Assembly: GCA_024275045.1 (NCBI GenBank)
Contig: JAJRZX010000039.1
Span: 586 to 64,585, forward strand
Direction of reading: 5' to 3'
Origin: Deltaproteobacteria bacterium
GTDB taxonomy: Bacteria; Desulfobacterota; GWC2-55-46; JADFVP01
DNA length: 64,000 nucleotides
Shown here: positions 10,231 through 19,052 of the stretch, piece after piece
Layout: the number at the start of each line of letters is the position of its first letter
Numbering within the stretch: the stretch's first letter is position 1
Made by a program: the position numbers and the translations under genes
The notes under the pieces: model-generated
Told to the model about the DNA's origin: nothing
The model's database searches: none
The model's input: only the letters and a program-made list of their open reading frames with translations

Positions 10231-10320
10231 GTGATGTTTTACTTCTCAGGAAGATGATATTATTTCAACCTCTTTTAGTTCTCTCCCGGTGTTTTACATC
10301 AAAAACAAATTTGTCCAAAG
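10120..10320. repeat. Direct repeat copy 1 (about 200 bp, about 80% identical to 16480-16680)
   Basis: Shared blocks include CGCC(G/T)GTCGCAGAATTTT(T)CCA(A/C)CTTC(G/T)TTTCT(A/G)CAAGCGTTCTTACA and TC(A/G)ACCTCTTTT(A/G)GTTCTCT(C/T)CC(G/C)GT(A/G)TT(T/C)TACATCAAAA...TTGTCCAA. Confidence 0.7.
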
Positions 10321-10428
10321 GGCATCTTGTCATTGAAGCCATCAAGGTTAACGCAGGTCGCTCCTTTTTATCTGTTCCCACTTGCCCGGAAGAGAGCAAT
10401 CTTGCATAAAAACGGCTTGAAAGGTGCA

Positions 10429-12310
10429 TCGGGTAGGAGGCGGGGTTGCCCCCGCCGTCCTCCCACACCACCGTACGTACGGTTCCGTATACGGCGGTTC
10501 ATGAACCACATTGAAGCTGCCGCAGACGACCAAGCAGTGACACGAGTCCAAATGTATCAAAGAATCGCTTGGGAAACCCCTCGTTCATATGCGAGGCACC
10601 GGAGTTCCACCACGGGCCGCGCCCGTTGGAGGCCGACCGCCACGCACGGGCCTCCCCAGGTCCACGTCTCATCAGGTTCTTTGCACGGGTGTAAGGGCGT
10701 TTCCATTGTCGCCAGAGGATGCAGCGCAGTCTACGCCGTATCCAACCGTCGAGCTCCTCGAAAACTCCCTTCACCTCCGCCAACCGAAAATAATTTACCC
10801 AACCTCGAAGAACAGGCTTAAGCTCTTCAATCAGTTGCCCCAGACTGCGACCCCGACCCTGCCGGAACAGCTCCCGCAGCTTGGCCTTGAGACGTTCGAT
10901 GCTCGCACCCGCCACCTTGAGGCGCGGGCGCTTATGGAACGTCACGGCGTAACCCAGGAACTTCCGTTTCCAAGGCCGGTCAACCGCACTCTTGGACTGG
11001 TTGACTTTGAGCCTCAACCGTCCTTCGAGAAACCGGGTAACCGAGGCCAGCACACGCTCCCCAGAACGCTTTGACCTTACATAGATGTTGCAGTCATCGG
11101 CATACCGGCAGAACGCATGGCCCCTCCTTTCCAGTTCCCTGTCCAAATCATCCAGAAGGATGTTGGACAGGAGCGGGGACAGCGGCCCGCCCTGCGGCGT
11201 GCCTTCGGTGCGGGGCGATACAACTCCCCGGGCCATAATCCCCGCCTGCAGATACCGGCGAATAAGGCCCGGTACCCGCTTGTCCTCGACCTTCCGGGCA
11301 ACACGCGACATGAGCACGTCGTGGTTTACCCGGTCAAAGAACCTCTCCAAATCGAGGTCCACGACCCACCTGCGGCCTTCCTCTACATAGGCACGTGCTT
11401 TAAGCACGGCCTGATGAGCACTCCGGCCAGAGCGAAAGCCGTAGCTCGACTCGGAAAAGTCCGGGTCAAAGACTGGCTGCATTACCTGATGCAACGCCTG
11501 TTGGATAAGTCGGTCAACTACCGTAGGGATGCCCAGCTGTCGCATCCCTTTTCCCCCAGGCTTCGGTATCTCTACCATCCGCACGGGAGCGGGCTCGTAC
11601 CGTCCTGCCAACAGTTGCTCTTTGATGCGCGGCCAGTGCGCCTTGAGATAGGGCTTCAGAGCCTCTACGGGCATACCATCAACGCCCGCCGAGCCTTTAT
11701 TCGCCACCACCCGGCGCAATGCCGCTGTCATGTTCCCGCGTTCGACCACCGCTTCCATCATCCGCTGCGTCTCCGGACGGGAGCAGGCTCTCCTTGCCGT
11801 GACGTTTGACGCACCAGCCCCATGCTCTCGTGGATTCCGTCCGCTGCCCTCCGGGGTGGTGCCGGGCATCCCGGCCCGGTCTCCTGCATCTCCACGCGTC
11901 ATCGAAATTCGAGGCTCCTGTCCCATGTCTCATGTTCGGGCCTTCGGTCCGGTCGATAGACCTACTATGCCCTCTGCTGACTTCTGCCTACCAATCCCGC
12001 CACCTCTCGATGGCGGTAGCACAATGCAGGTAGACAGACCTCCCCGGGTAATGCACACACACCTTCACGCTTATGCCCGCCGCATATACGTCCGTACCTT
12101 CCGTGCAAGTATCGGGCTTTGAAGATATAGGCCTTCTCACCCGGTACGGCAGCCTCGTATGCGATTCCTGTTCGTCAGGCCAGCGCTTTGCCTGCGGCTT
12201 CCTTCAGATTCCACCTCACGATGGACACCCTTGCCGTCCGGCTAACAGTTCCCCCTGCCGGGCCTGTAGAGGACTTGCACCTCCGAGTGTGTGCGCCCTG
12301 CCGGGCGCAC
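10429..12310 (-). mobile_element. Group II intron, full length (about 1.9 kb) with an intron-encoded protein in domain IV
   Basis: On the minus strand the 5' end reads GTGCGCCCGGCAGGGCGCAC...GGTGGAATCTGAAGGAAGCCGCAGGCAAAGCGCTGGCCTGACGAACAGGAATCGCATACGAGGCTGCC, a typical domain I. The reverse-transcriptase/maturase ORF follows, then domain V-like CCGTATACGG...GTACGTACGG and a 3' ...CCCGAT. Boundaries are good to about +/-30 nt. Confidence 0.8.
10499..11926 (-). CDS. Group II intron reverse transcriptase/maturase (IEP)
   Basis: RT motifs are present: GVDGM, RxxEIPKPGGKGMRQLGIPTVVDRLIQQAL, F/YADD (CRYADDCNIY), and an X/maturase domain (LRGWVNYF). The probable true start is MMEAVVERGN at about 11761; the longer ORF is upstream read-through within the intron. 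Confidence 0.85.
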   Translation of the reverse strand: MGQEPRISMTRGDAGDRAGMPGTTPEGSGRNPREHGAGASNVTARRACSRPETQRMMEAVVERGNMTAALRRVVANKGSAGVDGMPVEALKPYLKAHWPRIKEQLLAGRYEPAPVRMVEIPKPGGKGMRQLGIPTVVDRLIQQALHQVMQPVFDPDFSESSYGFRSGRSAHQAVLKARAYVEEGRRWVVDLDLERFFDRVNHDVLMSRVARKVEDKRVPGLIRRYLQAGIMARGVVSPRTEGTPQGGPLSPLLSNILLDDLDRELERRGHAFCRYADDCNIYVRSKRSGERVLASVTRFLEGRLRLKVNQSKSAVDRPWKRKFLGYAVTFHKRPRLKVAGASIERLKAKLRELFRQGRGRSLGQLIEELKPVLRGWVNYFRLAEVKGVFEELDGWIRRRLRCILWRQWKRPYTRAKNLMRRGPGEARAWRSASNGRGPWWNSGASHMNEGFPKRFFDTFGLVSLLGRLRQLQCGS

Positions 12311-12372
12311 CTACGTTGTATGCAAATTGAATATTAAATATTCAATTGCAAGATAGAGTCTAAGGGCTTCTA

Positions 12373-12489
12373 ATGATCGAGCGCATCCTTAAGAAGAGAT
12401 TGAGAGAGGCCGCAAGGCAGTTCCTCGTAGTCAAGGTGACCGGTCCGCGCCAATCCGGCAAAGACATCGTTGGTTTGTACCAATTTTGA
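12373..12489 (+). pseudogene. N-terminal remnant of a DUF4143/ATP_bind-type AAA ATPase (Walker A destroyed, premature stop)
   Basis: MIERILKKRLREAARQFLVVKVTGPRQSGKDIVGLYQF* matches the conserved N-terminus of the archaeal/bacterial 'AAA family ATPase DUF4143' proteins (MIxRxLxxxLxxxxxxFPVVxLxGPRQSGKTTL). GKT is replaced by GKD and a stop follows. Confidence 0.5.
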
Positions 12490-12592
12490 TAGGTATCGCC
12501 ACATCTCCATGGAACTGCCTGACCCGCCCGGCTTGGCCCTCTAAGACCAACGCGGCTTTTTGATCAGTTTGACGGCCCCGTCATAGTGAATA

Positions 12593-12796
12593 ATGTATAA
12601 CGGACGCCAGAATTCTTCTCCTACTTTAGGACATCTTACAGACACTGCCCTGACAATAGCCTTAGACTTTTTCGATAACCTCACATACTATCAAGGCCTC
12701 ACAGGTGATGAGGCACCTTCAGCCGCCCTTGTCTACGGCGGTAGCGACGCCTTCAGACGCTCCGGCGTGGCCGTGTATCCGTGGTTTTTCCTCTGA
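12593..12796 (+). pseudogene. Possible C-terminal remnant of the same degraded ATPase
   Basis: The 67-aa ORF ends ...AALVYGGSDAFRRSGVAVYPWFFL, which resembles DUF4143 C-termini. It lies about 100 bp downstream of the N-terminal fragment. The support is weak. Confidence 0.25.
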
Positions 12797-12920
12797 GACA
12801 GAACATTATAGGCTCTGGAATGTCATGAGCGTCCTTTTCCTGGCCTTATGGCGAACTGCACCGCCACATCGCAAAAGTGGAGACAAATCACCTTGACTTA
12901 TTCTATTTATTTAATATAAT

Positions 12921-13646
12921 GTCATATATGACCTTTAAGCAACTATATGACAGGCAGGATATAAACTTCTTAACAAGATATTCGAGAATGAAAGCATCAT
13001 CTTCCCCGGAGCAGGCATAATCCTTGCCGGAGGGACAGCCCTCGCCAGATGCTACCTTCAACACAGAGTCTCCTATGATCTTGACTTCTTTGTTAACACC
13101 CGCTTTGACCCTCTTGTAATCCAGCGTAGACTCGTTAGTGTGGGAGTCACGCTGAAGTTGGTTGAGTCCGCCCTTGACCCCATGTTTGTGGCCGAGCTCC
13201 ATGGAACCGTCGACGTAGAGGGAGAGCCTCTCAGGGTCAGCTTTGTGGAGGATATATACGCGGAGATTTTCCCCGTGAAGACCTGTTCAGGCATTCGCAC
13301 CGAGACCGTTGAGGGGCTTTACCACAGGAAACTTCGTACCATTACGGGCCCGGGAGAGGGCCGGCTCTCATCCACTGGGCGAAGAGTCTCTGTTGGTGCA
13401 AGAGAGACGGCAAGAGACCTCTTCGATCTTTATGTCTTGAGTAACGAAGTAAGGCCTCTCATGAAATTTGTGCGGGAGATAAACAAACACGGGGCCGCTA
13501 TATCGGAGGCATTGCTACTTGGCGGGATCAGAAAAATTCGATGGAAAGAATTGATGGATGAATTCGAGATGCTTGAGAGGGCCGATAAGTACGAGGGGCT
13601 TACGCTATTTGAGATAAAGCGTTATTTTGACGGGTTATTACGATGA
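12921..13646 (+). CDS. Nucleotidyltransferase of the AbiEii/AbiGii (DUF1814) type, with an apparent frameshift or loss of the canonical start near the N-terminus
   Basis: The open frame from 12951 encodes ...IIFPGAGIILAGGTALARCYLQHRVSYDLDFFVN..., carrying the pol-beta NTase GG(T/S)...DhD signature of DUF1814. The only in-frame canonical start is GTG at 13140, which lies after the catalytic motif. ATG 12921 is in the -1 frame (MSYMTFKQLYDRQDINF), which suggests a frameshift. Confidence 0.5.
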
Positions 13647-14203
13647 CTGAAAGAGAGATGATACTAAGGTCAGCCTTCTGGAGCGGACGGCTTACCTACA
13701 GAAAGTGGCGCGGAATACTCCGAAGAGGCCCGCAGGCCCACAGACGTGTCTTTGCCCAGGCCTTTCTACACTTACCCATGGAGTGGCTCCTTGATGAGAT
13801 AGGCACTGAGAAGTTCATATCCATATGGCCTGAGGTAAGGAAGGGGTTTTCAAGGAATTCAGCCCTCGCGAAGACGGTATGTGACGCATGGGACGCTCTA
13901 TGGGGGGTAAAGGCCGCAGGAGACTCTCAGTACCCCATAAGGCCGGGGATAGTTCAACTGGCAAGGAAGCGCCGCGAGGTCTTGAAGGCAATAGTCTCCA
14001 ACCCGGGAATCAGCATCTATGGCCTTGCAAAGATGACAGGCCGTAACTACAGTAGGGTCTTTAAAGACGTGCGCCTTCTGGCCGAGATGGACGAAGTCGA
14101 ACTAAGGGATGACCCGCTCTCAAGGAGAAGGGCAAAGCAAATATGGCCGCGACACTCTGTAAATACCGCGCTGGCACCAGACAATGACCCGGTTTGTGGA
14201 TAA
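13643..14203 (+). CDS. Hypothetical protein with a C-terminal winged-HTH, coupled to the upstream NTase gene by a 4-nt ATGA overlap
   Basis: It is 186 aa. The C-terminal segment RREVLKAIVSNPGISIYGLAKMTGRNYSRVFKDVRLLAEMDEVEL looks like a wHTH. It may be an AbiEi-like partner or regulator, but the order and polarity are unusual. Confidence 0.5.
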   Translation: MTEREMILRSAFWSGRLTYRKWRGILRRGPQAHRRVFAQAFLHLPMEWLLDEIGTEKFISIWPEVRKGFSRNSALAKTVCDAWDALWGVKAAGDSQYPIRPGIVQLARKRREVLKAIVSNPGISIYGLAKMTGRNYSRVFKDVRLLAEMDEVELRDDPLSRRRAKQIWPRHSVNTALAPDNDPVCG

Positions 14204-14749
14204 TAGAAGGGAAAAACATTATGCGGGGGTAACGACCCTTCTGACGCTCCTGCGTGGCAATATAGCCCATGCTTTACCTATGAAAAAGAACGTTCAGAGG
14301 CTTCTGTTCTGTCTTAACAATGGGGATAGGCACACTGTCCGGCCTGCGTTCACTATTTTAAAACCCGGGGGAATAAAGACGCGTTCCCTCTTTTTATTAA
14401 TACCCTCATTTTACCCTTGACGCGGAGGGCCCTGGGGGCTAAAATTTCTTACAAAGACTAAATAGCGGAACAACGCTGAGAAAGTCCAGGCAGGCCAGAC
14501 GGCCCGTCCGGGCTTTTTTGATTTCGTATTTCGTGGCTAAAAGAAGGAATTCCAGAAAAGGTGTCGGGGCTCTTTGCGCATATAAGAAAGGAGGTAATAA
14601 CAGTGTCTTAAGGGTAAACGCACCGGCCGGTGGCCAGCACATAATTATTATTCGCATCCCTAAGGCCTTGTGAGTGCATTGTGCAGGTTCAGGAAATTAG
14701 AGAGAGGTGATTTACCCAAAGACTTCAGGATTAACAAATGGAGGTTCAC

Positions 14750-16153
14750 ATGGAAAAAGAAGAATTTTTCAGAAAGATATTTAATAAGGACAATGACAAA
14801 GATACCCATGGCGCTGAAAACGAGATGGTCCCTCCTCTTCTGGCCCTCTCTGCAAGCGAGTATCTCGAGGTCCTGAAGGCCTACAAGGAATATGTCCCGC
14901 CGTCAGTAAAAGAGATGTTCATGATATCCACCTTTGGAAGAAGCGCCGAAGACCTTGCCTCAGTTATTCTCCGGTTTCCAGCTTACAACCACCTTATCCT
15001 CCAGAGGGCGGTCTTCAATGTACTCGAGGGCTGGCGCATGGTACGGGGCTTCAAGCCAGGACCGGGCAACACCAGGCTACCCATGGACCACATGCCCCTT
15101 GATGTGAATTACGGCGTGAAGGAGGACTCCATAAGAGAGGGCATGGTCCTCCTTGAAAGCCCGGAGAAGGAAGGTGGTATCAACAAGGTAATCGTCTCTT
15201 TCAGGTATATCGATTCCATTGACGAAGAGAACCTTAGCACAGAGGCTGTCCTTACCGCCGAAAAGGAGCAAAAACCATGGCTCGACGGTCTCGCAAAGAG
15301 TGTAAAGGAGTGGATGGAGGAGAACAACTACCTTCGGGGGAAGAAGATAAAGCCCAATGCGACCTTCCTCGATACACGAAGGCAATACACCTGGGATGAC
15401 CTCGTACTGCCGCCTCATACAAAGAAAGACCTCCAGGATACGCTGAGGTATTACTTTGAGCTGAAGGAGAGACTCCGGGCCAACGGCCTGCCCCTTAAAA
15501 GGGGCATCATCTGCCACGGCCAGCCCGGCACCGGCAAGACCCTCCTTGGTAGGGTAATCGCCTCCGAGGTGAACGCCACCTTCATATGGGTTACACCTGC
15601 GGACGTTCGGTATCCCTCGCATGTGAGAGAGATATTCAGGATGGCACGTGAACTTGCCCCCACCATTCTCTTCTTCGAGGACATCGACATGTACGCCACA
15701 CACAGACTCGCGAATATTACGAACGGCGTGCTCGGAGAGTTCCTCGCGGAGCTTGACGGCTTCGTGGAGAACGAGGATATGCTCGTAATAGCCACCACTA
15801 ACGACATAAAGGCAGTGGAGCCTGCCATAAAGGACAGGCCCAGCAGGTTTGATAATGTTGTGCGTTTTCCGAGCATGAGGATGGATGAGAGGGTAGCGAT
15901 GCTCAAAATACTCATAAAAGACTTTCCAACAAAAGGGAAGAAAAAAGACATCATAGGAGAAGCCGCTCTGAGTCTGCCTGATATAACGGGCGCTAAACTC
16001 AAGGAATTCTTTATATCCGCCGTGAAGCTCGCCATCGTTACAAGCGAAGTAGACGAAAAGGGACGTGCGATACTATCTTCCGCCATATTCCGCGAGACGC
16101 AGAAAAAGATAGAGCTCAACAGGGAGAGACTGATGGGCTTCAAGGAAAGGTAG
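14750..16153 (+). CDS. Classic-clade AAA+ ATPase with a novel N-terminal domain of about 230 aa
   Basis: Walker A is GQPGTGKT, Walker B is ILFFEDID, and the second region of homology is ATTNDIKAVEPAIKDRPSRFDNVVRFP. A GGAGG RBS sits 6 nt before ATG 14750; the alternative ATG is at 14738. I do not recognise the N-terminal domain. Confidence 0.8.
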   Translation: MEKEEFFRKIFNKDNDKDTHGAENEMVPPLLALSASEYLEVLKAYKEYVPPSVKEMFMISTFGRSAEDLASVILRFPAYNHLILQRAVFNVLEGWRMVRGFKPGPGNTRLPMDHMPLDVNYGVKEDSIREGMVLLESPEKEGGINKVIVSFRYIDSIDEENLSTEAVLTAEKEQKPWLDGLAKSVKEWMEENNYLRGKKIKPNATFLDTRRQYTWDDLVLPPHTKKDLQDTLRYYFELKERLRANGLPLKRGIICHGQPGTGKTLLGRVIASEVNATFIWVTPADVRYPSHVREIFRMARELAPTILFFEDIDMYATHRLANITNGVLGEFLAELDGFVENEDMLVIATTNDIKAVEPAIKDRPSRFDNVVRFPSMRMDERVAMLKILIKDFPTKGKKKDIIGEAALSLPDITGAKLKEFFISAVKLAIVTSEVDEKGRAILSSAIFRETQKKIELNRERLMGFKER

Positions 16154-16479
16154 AGGCGAGGGTTCGTACATGGATCTGCAGGGAGGGGCGCTCTCTTTGT
16201 GTACTCTTACCCCTCACCATATACTTTTATGAACTCGGTGAGTACGTTCATCTTGGATGTCAGTAGCCGGGTCTTAAGGATGGTGGAGAGCACACAGGGA
16301 TGCCGTGCACGACCATGGCGTAGAGGGGCCATGATCGACTTGCTCTGCATTGGAGGCGGTTGTTTTGTAAGAGCCGTGCAGGTTAGTCCTGGCACTTGGA
16401 AAAAATTTGTGGAACATGAAGATGCTGACTAAAAGGAACATAAATGTTCAAAATAGTCAACAATTCACATCTCACCTTG

Positions 16480-16680
16480 TCCCGAACATGCAAGGAGACG
16501 CGCCTGTCGCAGAATTTTCCAACCTTCGTTTCTGCAAGCGTTCTTACACGCATAGGCAGGCAAGTTATCTCCTGCCGCGGGTTCTTTGCTTTGAAAGGAT
16601 GATATGGGCTCGACCTCTTTTGGTTCTCTTCCCGTATTCTACATCAAAACTCCAGCTTGTCCAACATAGAGACCTTTGAA
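16480..16680. repeat. Direct repeat copy 2 (pairs with 10120-10320)
   Basis: See copy 1. The minus strand encodes the homologous peptide LPMRVRTLAETKVGKFCDRRVSLHVRDKVR, then diverges. Confidence 0.7.
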
Positions 16681-16925
16681 TCGAGTTCGGTTTCTGTTGC
16701 TGAATTTTGAATTTGCGAAACTTTCTTGGGGACCTCCGCGGCCTGTGGACTCTTAAGAGGCAGGGCGTCTCTACATGGAGAGACGCCCTTTACGTAGCAG
16801 AAGACGGCTGTTCTTATGAACGCCGCCCGCTTTCTCTGTTCCCTCAGTACAGGTATAACCTCCGCATCCATGGGGTCCTTGCCAGAGAAGGTGACCTTTA
16901 CCGTGAGTTTGTCAGGAGCGTCCAA
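16644..16925 (-). CDS. ParR-like ribbon-helix-helix centromere-binding protein
   Basis: It is a 93-aa protein immediately downstream of the actin-like ATPase, with a 14-nt overlap. The N-terminus has a beta-strand then two helices (LTVKVTF...AEVIPVLREQ...RAAFIRTAVF) consistent with an RHH fold. The C-terminus is charged. Confidence 0.5.
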   Translation of the reverse strand: MDAPDKLTVKVTFSGKDPMDAEVIPVLREQRKRAAFIRTAVFCYVKGVSPCRDALPLKSPQAAEVPKKVSQIQNSATETELDSKVSMLDKLEF

Positions 16926-17874
16926 GGAGGAGCCTCCTGCCGAATTTCACGTACCCGCGGGCGTTGGATAGCTGAGAGCCCGGGACGAACCAGGCGTGTT
17001 TGTAGAGGTCAAGGTAGCCCAGTAGCGCCGAAGCGCCTCCGCCTGTAACGAGCACGCGGTCTATATCGGCCCCGTCCTGCCAGATTGACCTTGCCTGCGC
17101 CTCTATTTCGATGGCAAGGTCCCGCAGACATCGCACGACGATAGCCCTTACGTCCTCACACTTACCGAAGACCCGGACATGGCCGTCCCTTACGACGCTA
17201 TCCACCTCGAAGACCTCCTTCTTGAGGTCATAGACGTTGTAGATCTCACGGGCGATCTCGGTGTAGGCCGATGAGATGCCGCCCTCGTATGAGCTGAGTT
17301 GCTTTTTTACAAACTCGATGTTGTCGACGGTAACGAGGTCGGTCGTGTAAAACCCTATGTCTATTATCCCAACCCTCTCTTCCGCGAGCCCCTTATCCCT
17401 TATGGTCATGTCGTCGTTCAGGAGTTGGTCGAAGAAGGTGCCAAGCGGCTGGAGCGTGACCTTGACCTCCACTTCCGCCCCGGCAGTCTCTTTTATAAGG
17501 TGAGTAAGTCTGTCTCTGTACGAGCGGTAATGGCTCACAGGAAGTCCAGTGACGATGGTGACCTCTCGGCTTTCCGACCCAAGACCGGCAAGCCGGAGCG
17601 CATGACGAAGGAGCGCCCTGTAGGCGAGAGAGTCTATCCAGCTCTTAGCCCTCACCGAATAGGTCCGAAGGGCCTGTTTTATTGCGCTCTCTCCCACAAG
17701 CAGCCTCATGCCGTCCACACTGACGGTCTCCTTTTCTATGTCAGGGGACTTTATGCCCGAGACCTTCAGGATATCATCGCCTCCGCTCCCGACGACAGAG
17801 GGGAAGATATAGGCATCCTCCCCTGATATCACCTTGCAGAATCCAAAACCAAGGTCCATGCCGATTACTTTCAT
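16912..17874 (-). CDS. ParM/StbA-family actin-like ATPase (plasmid-type segregation protein)
   Basis: It is 320 aa. The N-terminal phosphate-1 motif is MKVIGMDLGFGFCKV and the phosphate-2 motif is GIIDIGFYTTDL, giving an actin fold. An AAGGAG RBS is present, and the small RHH gene lies downstream as in parMRC loci. Confidence 0.7.
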   Translation of the reverse strand: MKVIGMDLGFGFCKVISGEDAYIFPSVVGSGGDDILKVSGIKSPDIEKETVSVDGMRLLVGESAIKQALRTYSVRAKSWIDSLAYRALLRHALRLAGLGSESREVTIVTGLPVSHYRSYRDRLTHLIKETAGAEVEVKVTLQPLGTFFDQLLNDDMTIRDKGLAEERVGIIDIGFYTTDLVTVDNIEFVKKQLSSYEGGISSAYTEIAREIYNVYDLKKEVFEVDSVVRDGHVRVFGKCEDVRAIVVRCLRDLAIEIEAQARSIWQDGADIDRVLVTGGGASALLGYLDLYKHAWFVPGSQLSNARGYVKFGRRLLLGRS

Positions 17875-17899
17875 TTCTTTTCTCCTTCATTTAAATGGA

Positions 17900-17968
17900 G
17901 GGAGAATTTTCTCCCATCTGAAGCCTTTACCTGTCTATCTATTACTTTTGTGGGGAGAGATTTATCCC
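17900..17968. promoter_or_regulatory. Putative parC-like operator and promoter region upstream of the parM-like gene
   Basis: There is a perfect palindrome GGGAGAA-TT-TTCTCCC at 17900-17915. A degenerate second copy GGGGAGAGATTTATCCC lies at 17952-17968, about 30-95 bp upstream of the parM start. Confidence 0.4.
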
Positions 17969-18559
17969 ATCCTGTGTTTCAGCTCAAAAAAAGCGGAAGA
18001 CATTAGTTCAAAAAATCCAAAATCGCGGATTTGTCTTTGATGAATTGGCGATTCTCAGTTTTTTTTTGGTTCCAACGGGGGTCTGGGACACGAAAAGTAA
18101 TAGATATATGAGGAGCGCGGCTCTTTCCAGGGCGTTATGTAACGTTCGCCGGAATCTTCAGGTAGGCATGGCCGAAAATGAGGTATGAAAAGAGAGAATT
18201 TTTTTAAGGGTTTTTTATGCTCTTTTTTCGGAAGTCAAAATCTGTGGGGACATAACATATAATATATTAAAGTCTGTGGAGACTTTTGCTTCTCATGAAC
18301 TCGTTTTTGATCGTAGAGAGGGCTTCACGAAGAAAGAAGAAAATAAGGGTGGAAAAGATATTATCCTCGTGAGCAAGAGAGTGTACAGGATGATAGAGGT
18401 GGTTCAGACTTTTTTGTACGAGGAAAAGCGCTAATTCATTAAGTCGCTGCTGTCCCCTTTCAGTGAGAAAGAACGGGGAACGCAGGGTCAGGTGGGTAAG
18501 AGATTATGTTCATCAAGGACAAACATACTTGAAGGCTGTTCGTATCGAAGGGCAGGTGG

Positions 18560-18740
18560 TGTTTCAAGAGGGCAAGCGAGCCACGAGCGAAGTCGGGCGG
18601 CCATGATTAGGACTAAGGCCTGTTTGTGGTTTCAGAGGTTTTTTGATGGCTTTTTGAAGGGCTTTTTATCAGCTTCTTGACGGCGTTTTTTTTGTTGGCT
18701 TTTTGTCCGGCTTTTTGCAGGTACCGGCCTTTCATCGGCT
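18560..18740. repeat. Phased T-tract / GGCTTTTTG degenerate tandem repeats (AT-rich, potentially bent DNA)
   Basis: GGCTTTTTGAAGGGCTTTTTATCAGC...GGCGTTTTTTTTGTTGGCTTTTTGTCCGGCTTTTTGCAGG repeats with about 12-13 bp spacing. Confidence 0.5.
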
Positions 18741-18806
18741 TTTAGTAATAGTAGAGTGAGACACTGTGGTCATTGGAAAACTCTATACTTTATCTGGAGG
18801 CACGTT

Positions 18807-19031
18807 ATGAAAGTTTGGAAGTGGGAAGATCTTGATGAGAGGGAGAAGGAGCACATGTGCGAAGTTATCCATCACTATGTAGAGCTCTCAAGGCTTGGTC
18901 GTTTTTTACTTCTGCAGACTCTTCTCGATGACTTTGGCAGACTGGTTTACAAGACGGTAGAGGGGCATGGGAAGATATCTCCAGACAGATTGAAACATTT
19001 TTTTGACGGCAACCAAGTCGAAAAGATATAA
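18807..19031 (+). CDS. Hypothetical small protein (75 aa)
   Basis: A GGAGG RBS sits 7 nt upstream of the ATG. The sequence reads MKVWKWEDLDEREKEHMCEVIHHYVELSRLGRFLLLQTLLDDF... It lies between the T-tract region and the iterons. Confidence 0.35.
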   Translation: MKVWKWEDLDEREKEHMCEVIHHYVELSRLGRFLLLQTLLDDFGRLVYKTVEGHGKISPDRLKHFFDGNQVEKI

Positions 19032-19052
19032 AAAAAAGAAGGTGTACTTGTT

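Noticed and set aside
14487-14520. An intrinsic terminator after the wHTH gene (CAGGCCAGACGGCCCGTCCGGGCTTTTTTG)
   Set aside because: The T-run is good, but the preceding GC stem is only 4-5 bp with a 2-4 nt loop. It is too weak to call confidently.
15451-16143. A 230-aa minus-strand ORF, plus 15077-15703
   Set aside because: It is antisense to the AAA+ ATPase gene, whose Walker A/B and SRH motifs are unambiguous on the plus strand.
17299-17826. A 175-aa plus-strand ORF
   Set aside because: It is antisense to the ParM-like gene.
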